Positions 59,403 through 64,000 of a stretch of DNA of 64,000 bases are shown here, in pieces. Positions within the stretch are counted from its first letter, which is position 1; every line of letters starts with the position of its first letter. Position numbers and translations under genes: made by a program. The DNA is from Candidatus Bathyarchaeia archaeon (GTDB taxonomy: Archaea; Thermoproteota; Bathyarchaeia; Bathyarchaeales; Bathycorpusculaceae): NCBI GenBank assembly GCA_050010515.1, contig JBEKKX010000003.1, forward strand, positions 36,902 to 100,901, given 5' to 3'. The notes under the pieces are model-generated. The model made no database searches, was not told the origin of the DNA, and worked only from the letters and a program-made list of their open reading frames with translations.

Positions 59403-60567
59403 TTTCTATTGCTTCCTTTGCTCTTTTGATTTGGCTTTCCTCGATAAAAACGTTAATGGTTGCCTTACTCGTTGTAACCTCAATGATATTAATTCCAGCT
59501 TGGCTTAAAGCAGTGGAGATCTTTGCTATGCCACCAGGTGAATCAATGAAGATAGGATTGCTAATTTGGACCATGGCAACGTTTTCCCTATGAGTTATCG
59601 CCTTGGAGCCTTTTATGCCATGAAGTTTGTTTAGGACTTGAGTGACGCCGCTGTCTGCGGTGAAGATTGTTACTGATTTTCTTCCAGAGCTGACACCGTA
59701 AACTGGTTTTTTGCTAAGCACTGAGAAAATGTCTCTGATATTTTCTGCGTTAACGTTGCAAACTACGCTTATGGCAATCAAACCTTCTTGTGTTAAGATT
59801 TCAGCCGAATTCTGGTTGAAAGATCCTGTGATTTCTGTGCCGCCACAAGCAAGGTTGCCTGAGGCAAAGTCTACTATTCTGAGGGCTTGATTTGGTAGTT
59901 TATATTTGAGGGCTTCAGCCTTGACGATTTTTGCCCCGCCTTGTGCCAAATCAAACATTTCGTGAATTTCCAACTTATTGAGTAGTCTTGCGTCTGAAAC
60001 TACTTTTGGGTCTGCTGAGAGTACTCCGCTTGTCTCCTTCACCAGGATGATTTCGTCTGCGGATATACAGTTGGCTAGTAATAGCGCTGTTGTATCGCTT
60101 CCGCCTCTTCCCAGAGTAGTGACTCTACCCTGCGAGTCCTTTCCAAGGAAACCACACACAACAGGGATAACAGTACCTAGTAGGGGTTTGACGAATTGCT
60201 CGGTTAAAGATGCAGTTTTTTCCAAAATGGGTTTAGCGTGGAGAAAGTTTGAGTCGGTTATGATGGGCCAGTTCTCGTATGCTGGGTCGAATAGTTTAGC
60301 GTTTAAGCCTTGAGCTCTTAGTGCTGCGCAAAAGATTCGGGCACTTGTTCGTTCACCTATAGATATTATCTCTGCCCACTCAGCGTCGGGAACGCCTATT
60401 TGAGAAACCGTTTGGATTAGGCTATCAGTCATTTTGCTCATAGCTGAAACTACAACAACAATTTCTTTGAAAGGCGCTTCTGCTATAAGCCGCGCTGCTT
60501 GTTGGATTTTCTCACCTGACGATAGGTCAGCGCCTCCGAACTTGATAACAACCCTGATAGCCAACAT
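59392..60567 (-). CDS. lysC: Aspartate kinase
   Basis: KFGG, VVSAM, GE, TLGRGGSD and ADP motifs; C-terminal ACT domains. Confidence 0.93.
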   Translation of the reverse strand: MLAIRVVIKFGGADLSSGEKIQQAARLIAEAPFKEIVVVVSAMSKMTDSLIQTVSQIGVPDAEWAEIISIGERTSARIFCAALRAQGLNAKLFDPAYENWPIITDSNFLHAKPILEKTASLTEQFVKPLLGTVIPVVCGFLGKDSQGRVTTLGRGGSDTTALLLANCISADEIILVKETSGVLSADPKVVSDARLLNKLEIHEMFDLAQGGAKIVKAEALKYKLPNQALRIVDFASGNLACGGTEITGSFNQNSAEILTQEGLIAISVVCNVNAENIRDIFSVLSKKPVYGVSSGRKSVTIFTADSGVTQVLNKLHGIKGSKAITHRENVAMVQISNPIFIDSPGGIAKISTALSQAGINIIEVTTSKATINVFIEESQIKRAKEAIENVV

Positions 60568-60576
60568 GCTTCACCG

Positions 60577-61371
60577 CTAAGATAAGCCAAGAACGTCGGC
60601 CATGCTGAAGACTTTAGGCTGATTCTGCTTGTTTAACCATTCTGCTGCGTAAACTGCGCCTTGAGCAAAAACGTTACGTGAGAAAGCAGTGTGCTCTATG
60701 CGCAGCATCTCGTATGGTCCTGCTACGATTAAGTCATGGATTCCTGGGACGCCTCCTGCTCTTAAAGCTGTGATTTCAAGTTCGCCAAGCTGCCGTGGGC
60801 TTATGCCTTCTCTTCCATAAACGACTGTTGTATAACCGCGGGTATTAGCGACAATTTCACCCAGCTTCTTAGCAGTACCGCTTGGCGCATCCTTTTTGCC
60901 AGTATGATGGATTTCGTTTATGCTAAAGTCGTATTCCTTCGGAAACGCTTGCAATGCTTCTGCCAGCTTGAACAGTATGTTAACTCCAACGGAATAATTC
61001 GGTGAAAACACTGCTGGAACTTTGCCTGACATGGCGTTTACTACTTGGCCGTTTTGCTCTGGAGTGAAACCTGTAGTGCCAAGGATTATGCGTTTTCCAA
61101 GGTTAGCAACGATGGGTATGTTAATCACTTCAGCAGCGGGCATTGTGAAACTAACGTAAACATCAGCGTCACGTAATGCTTCACTTATTCTGTCGGAACC
61201 CAGAATTTTTGTATCGGAATTGGTTATGCCAAGTTCTCGCAAGGTTTTGCTTATGCAAGGATTATTTGGAGCCTCGATTGCACCAACTATTTGATGCCCT
61301 TTTGAGGCAGCTTCATTGATGATAGCGTTGCCCATTCTGCCTGCGGCGCCTGCTACGCATATTTTAAGCAT
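60577..61371 (-). CDS. dapB: 4-hydroxy-tetrahydrodipicolinate reductase
   Basis: GAAGRMG, GTTG and EIHH..KKDAPSGTA motifs. Confidence 0.97.
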   Translation of the reverse strand: MLKICVAGAAGRMGNAIINEAASKGHQIVGAIEAPNNPCISKTLRELGITNSDTKILGSDRISEALRDADVYVSFTMPAAEVINIPIVANLGKRIILGTTGFTPEQNGQVVNAMSGKVPAVFSPNYSVGVNILFKLAEALQAFPKEYDFSINEIHHTGKKDAPSGTAKKLGEIVANTRGYTTVVYGREGISPRQLGELEITALRAGGVPGIHDLIVAGPYEMLRIEHTAFSRNVFAQGAVYAAEWLNKQNQPKVFSMADVLGLS

Positions 61372-62401
61372 AGAAGAGCCCCTCTAGGTACCTTTCATTA
61401 TATAACCTCTCTTTCAAGTCTACGTTGAAGTAGTCTGCTAGGGGCTGAAGAATTTCAGGGTTATTCTCGTACACTTTTCTGGCGTTTGTGAGGACTACTT
61501 CTAAGCCGTTGCGGGTCATTTTGCCCAGAGGTTGCCTGCATGGACCAGACGGCATGCCTAACACGTTCATTAACGTCTTGTAAGCTAAGGGATTTCGGGC
61601 TTTGCATGCTACTGTGCCGTAAGGTGTTTGCTCTTGTGTTTTCACGGTGACTATGCTGAAGAGCGGTTGCAGTGCTTGGGCGATTCTGGTGGCTTCTTCT
61701 TGGTTACCGTCAAGAATGTAGTGTGTCATGTCAGCTACTGCGCGAGGTGTAACGTTTGTTGTGACTGAGATTACGCCGCTTGCATTAATATCGGGTGAAG
61801 TCATCATTGCTAATGTTTTGTCGTCGTCTCCTGAGAGGATGTCGAAGTCTTCGCCGCAAAGTTTGCGCGTTAGCTCCATGTTTTTCAAATCTCCAGTGGC
61901 TTCCTTTACGCAGCGGACGTTTGGGTATTGTTGGTGGAGAACTGCTAGGTCCTGTGGGTAAAGCTGGGTTCCTGTCCTGCCTGGAATAATGTATGGGATT
62001 ACTTGGACTTCAGGGAACTGCTTTGCGATTGGTTCAATGTATTCCCTGCGTATTTCCAGTGAGCTTGGCCCGTTATAGTATGGGTCTACGAGCAGAACGC
62101 ATTTTATGCCTAAGTGCTGGGCGTGTTCTGTGCCCTCGATGGCTTCCTGCGTTGAGTTGCTTCCTGTTCCAGCTATAGTTAAGACTTTTGTACCTGCGCA
62201 TTCGTGGATTTTTTCGATTACCTTGTTGTGTTCATTCCAGTCTAAGGTGGGGCTTTCGCCGGTTGTGCCGACGGCGAGTATACCTTTTACACCTTCTTTT
62301 ATTTGGAAATCTACCAGTTGACGTAAGCCTTCGTAATCGACTTGGCGATCACGAGTCATGGGGGTTATTAGCGCAGTGTAACAGCCACTTAATTTTACCA
62401 T
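61364..62401 (-). CDS. dapA: 4-hydroxy-tetrahydrodipicolinate synthase
   Basis: GTTGES, PYYN, Y.IPGRT, KEA and SGDD motifs. Confidence 0.96.
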   Translation of the reverse strand: MVKLSGCYTALITPMTRDRQVDYEGLRQLVDFQIKEGVKGILAVGTTGESPTLDWNEHNKVIEKIHECAGTKVLTIAGTGSNSTQEAIEGTEHAQHLGIKCVLLVDPYYNGPSSLEIRREYIEPIAKQFPEVQVIPYIIPGRTGTQLYPQDLAVLHQQYPNVRCVKEATGDLKNMELTRKLCGEDFDILSGDDDKTLAMMTSPDINASGVISVTTNVTPRAVADMTHYILDGNQEEATRIAQALQPLFSIVTVKTQEQTPYGTVACKARNPLAYKTLMNVLGMPSGPCRQPLGKMTRNGLEVVLTNARKVYENNPEILQPLADYFNVDLKERLYNERYLEGLFYA

Positions 62402-62563
62402 TTTTAATTCCTCATTATAGGTGATGAACAAATCATTAGCAGCATATTTAAGCGTTACGTTTTCCTTATTTTTTCTACTAAAAACGGAAATATGTCGTCA
62501 TGATAATTCTAATTTAATCACTTATTTTAACATAATCGTAAACGTAAAATGGCTAAAAAATGC

Positions 62564-62881
62564 TTAACTCTCTAACGGCGCAATATAATAAGCGGTAAAA
62601 ACGCCATCATAACCATCGTAAAGCCCTCGCAGATAAGCAAGAGCATCATCAATAACCACAGCAGAAGGAATAACCAGCCTGTAATTATCTGACCGCACAA
62701 CTTCGCTAAGTCTTCCCGTTTCCCTCTTAATAATCCTCATTCGCAGAACCTTCCGCCCTGATAGATAAACAGCAACCTCGCCGCGGTGTGGATTGCCCTT
62801 TCTGATCTCAATAGCTTTTTTGCTTGAGGTTAACCATTCGAATACTTCTTTCTTTGTACGGAAAAGGGGCAAGTTGAGCAC
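62564..62881 (-). CDS. ASCH/PUA-like domain protein
   Basis: F.WL.S.KK.IEIR..P.RG pattern. Confidence 0.65.
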   Translation of the reverse strand: MLNLPLFRTKKEVFEWLTSSKKAIEIRKGNPHRGEVAVYLSGRKVLRMRIIKRETGRLSEVVRSDNYRLVIPSAVVIDDALAYLRGLYDGYDGVFTAYYIAPLES

Positions 62882-62989
62882 CTAAATTTTAGATTAAAAC
62901 GGCCGAAAGATAAGCTTTCAGTAAAAAAGCGGATAACGAAATTAATAAAATATGAAAAAATGGGTTGGAACTGAAAAGGACTTGTGGTT

Positions 62990-63187
62990 TTAACCTTTGC
63001 CTTTCTCTTCTTTACCGAAGTACTTGGTCCACTTTAGTTTACGTGCATCTCGTTTGAATTGCAGTGAGCTTTTTTTGCATTTGCCAGAATCATACCATAA
63101 AATTGATCCGTCGTTTTTAACGAACATCATGCCTGTACCAGCTGGAAAATCAGCACCGCAGAACGAACATTTTCTTGATTTTGGCAT
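62990..63187 (-). CDS. rpl24e: 50S ribosomal protein L24e
   Basis: CSFCG..GTGMMFV.NDG..KC..LKWT. Confidence 0.97.
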   Translation of the reverse strand: MPKSRKCSFCGADFPAGTGMMFVKNDGSILWYDSGKCKKSSLQFKRDARKLKWTKYFGKEEKGKG

Positions 63188-63207
63188 GACAATTTCTCCT
63201 CAATAGT

Positions 63208-63426
63208 TTATCTTGTAATTTTCTTTGCTTCTCTTTCTGTTTCCCGCAGCATCAGAATATCTTGAATGCGGACTGGTCCTTTAACGTTGCGTGTTATGAT
63301 TCTGCCTTTATCTTTTCCTTCCATGATGCGCACTCGAACCTGTGTAATTTCGCCAGTGACACCTGTACGGCCTATGACTTGGATAACTTCTGATGGAATA
63401 AGCTCTTCCGCTGCTTCTTTACTCAT
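63208..63426 (-). CDS. rps28e: 30S ribosomal protein S28e
   Basis: GRTG.TGE.TQV..RNVKGP..L.ETEREA. Confidence 0.97.
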   Translation of the reverse strand: MSKEAAEELIPSEVIQVIGRTGVTGEITQVRVRIMEGKDKGRIITRNVKGPVRIQDILMLRETEREAKKITR

Positions 63427-63806
63427 TACTGAGATCCTCGTTTAACCTGGTCAATCCGAGTAACGATTTCTTTGATTAATCCTACGGCTTCTCCTTCCTT
63501 GAGAATACATGCTGCTGCGCATGGAACGTCTATGCCTATTGCGTTGCCTATTTTTTCTTTATTTGGAACGAACACGTAGGGGATTTTTCTTTCTTCGCAG
63601 AGGAGCGGTAAATGCGCCACCACTTCTGGCGGATCAACATCTTCAGCTATTACGACAAGTTTTGCTTGAGATCGCTCAACAGCTTTTGTTGCCTCGTTTG
63701 TTCCTTTCCTAACTACTCCTGATTTAGAAGCAATCGTTAGGGCTTCATAGGCTGCATCTACGATTTCTTTCGGTACTTCATATTTTACATAGAATGGTTT
63801 AGACAT
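63426..63806 (-). CDS. rpl7ae: 50S ribosomal protein L7Ae
   Basis: KGTNE.TKAVER..IAEDVDP.E..HLP.LC. Confidence 0.97.
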   Translation of the reverse strand: MSKPFYVKYEVPKEIVDAAYEALTIASKSGVVRKGTNEATKAVERSQAKLVVIAEDVDPPEVVAHLPLLCEERKIPYVFVPNKEKIGNAIGIDVPCAAACILKEGEAVGLIKEIVTRIDQVKRGSQ

Positions 63807-63849
63807 ATTAGCCTCACCCTTTTAAGGCACAGTCTTATCCACACTTCTT

Positions 63850-63866
63850 ATTTAAGAAGCTTTCGA
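63850..63866 (-). promoter_or_regulatory. BRE/TATA of the rpl7ae operon
   Basis: Sense strand reads CGAAAGCTTCTTAAAT about 45 nt upstream of the ATG; GGTGAGG RBS. Confidence 0.6.
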
Positions 63867-63880
63867 CTATAAAATGCCAG

Positions 63881-64000
63881 TGTTCTATCTAGAAATAGCC
63901 TTACACTTTCTCTTTGAGGTATATTTCCGCTGGAGTTAAATAGTCTATTCCTTCATGAGGCCTTACGTAATTGTAGTAGCGTATGAAGCTCCAATGCTCC
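63881..64000 (-). mobile_element. Right end of an IS481-like insertion sequence (transposase C-terminus plus terminal IR)
   Basis: 63999-63901 reads EHWSFIRYYNYVRPHEGIDYLTPAEIYLKEKV* (YN..RPH..TP motif of IS3/IS481 DDE transposases). The putative terminus starts with TGT at 63881. Confidence 0.8.

Noticed and set aside
298-63712. Numerous 60-150-aa antisense or nested ORFs in the track
   Set aside because: They are shadows of well-supported genes on the opposite strand or frame, with no independent motifs.

Overview
This is archaeal genomic DNA, most likely Candidatus Bathyarchaeia (inferred from rpl7ae-rps28e-rpl24e, an Elf1-like gene, F420-dependent Mtd, a BHB-intron tRNA, GGAGGTGA Shine-Dalgarno sites and frequent TTG starts). 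The left 18 kb looks accessory and ends at tRNA-Arg(CCG). It holds a type I R-M cassette with a frameshifted hsdM, four KGG/Em-like hydrophilin genes plus an unannotated DUF2795 gene, a B12 radical SAM gene and two tandem beta-propeller/ArnT-like glycosyltransferase fusions. The rest is mostly housekeeping: alpha-glucan genes, bacterial-type gap with pgk, hypA with ATPase-type hypB, EndoQ, tldD/pmbA, a vapBC islet at tRNA-Gly(TCC), rtcB, archease, adk, mtd next to a fused MtdB-like gene, a complete DapL lysine operon, ribosomal proteins and an IS481-like end. The best candidates for undescribed systems are: (1) the hydrophilin/DUF2795 stress cluster, whose three promoters share a 24-bp pseudo-palindrome at fixed spacing from the TATA box; (2) the propeller/GT-C fusion pair, duplicated together with a tRNA 3' end; (3) the Mtd plus TraB-fold/MtdB pair; (4) DUF5752 as a module shared by alpha-glucan genes. 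All family calls come from motif recognition by eye; no database searches were run.
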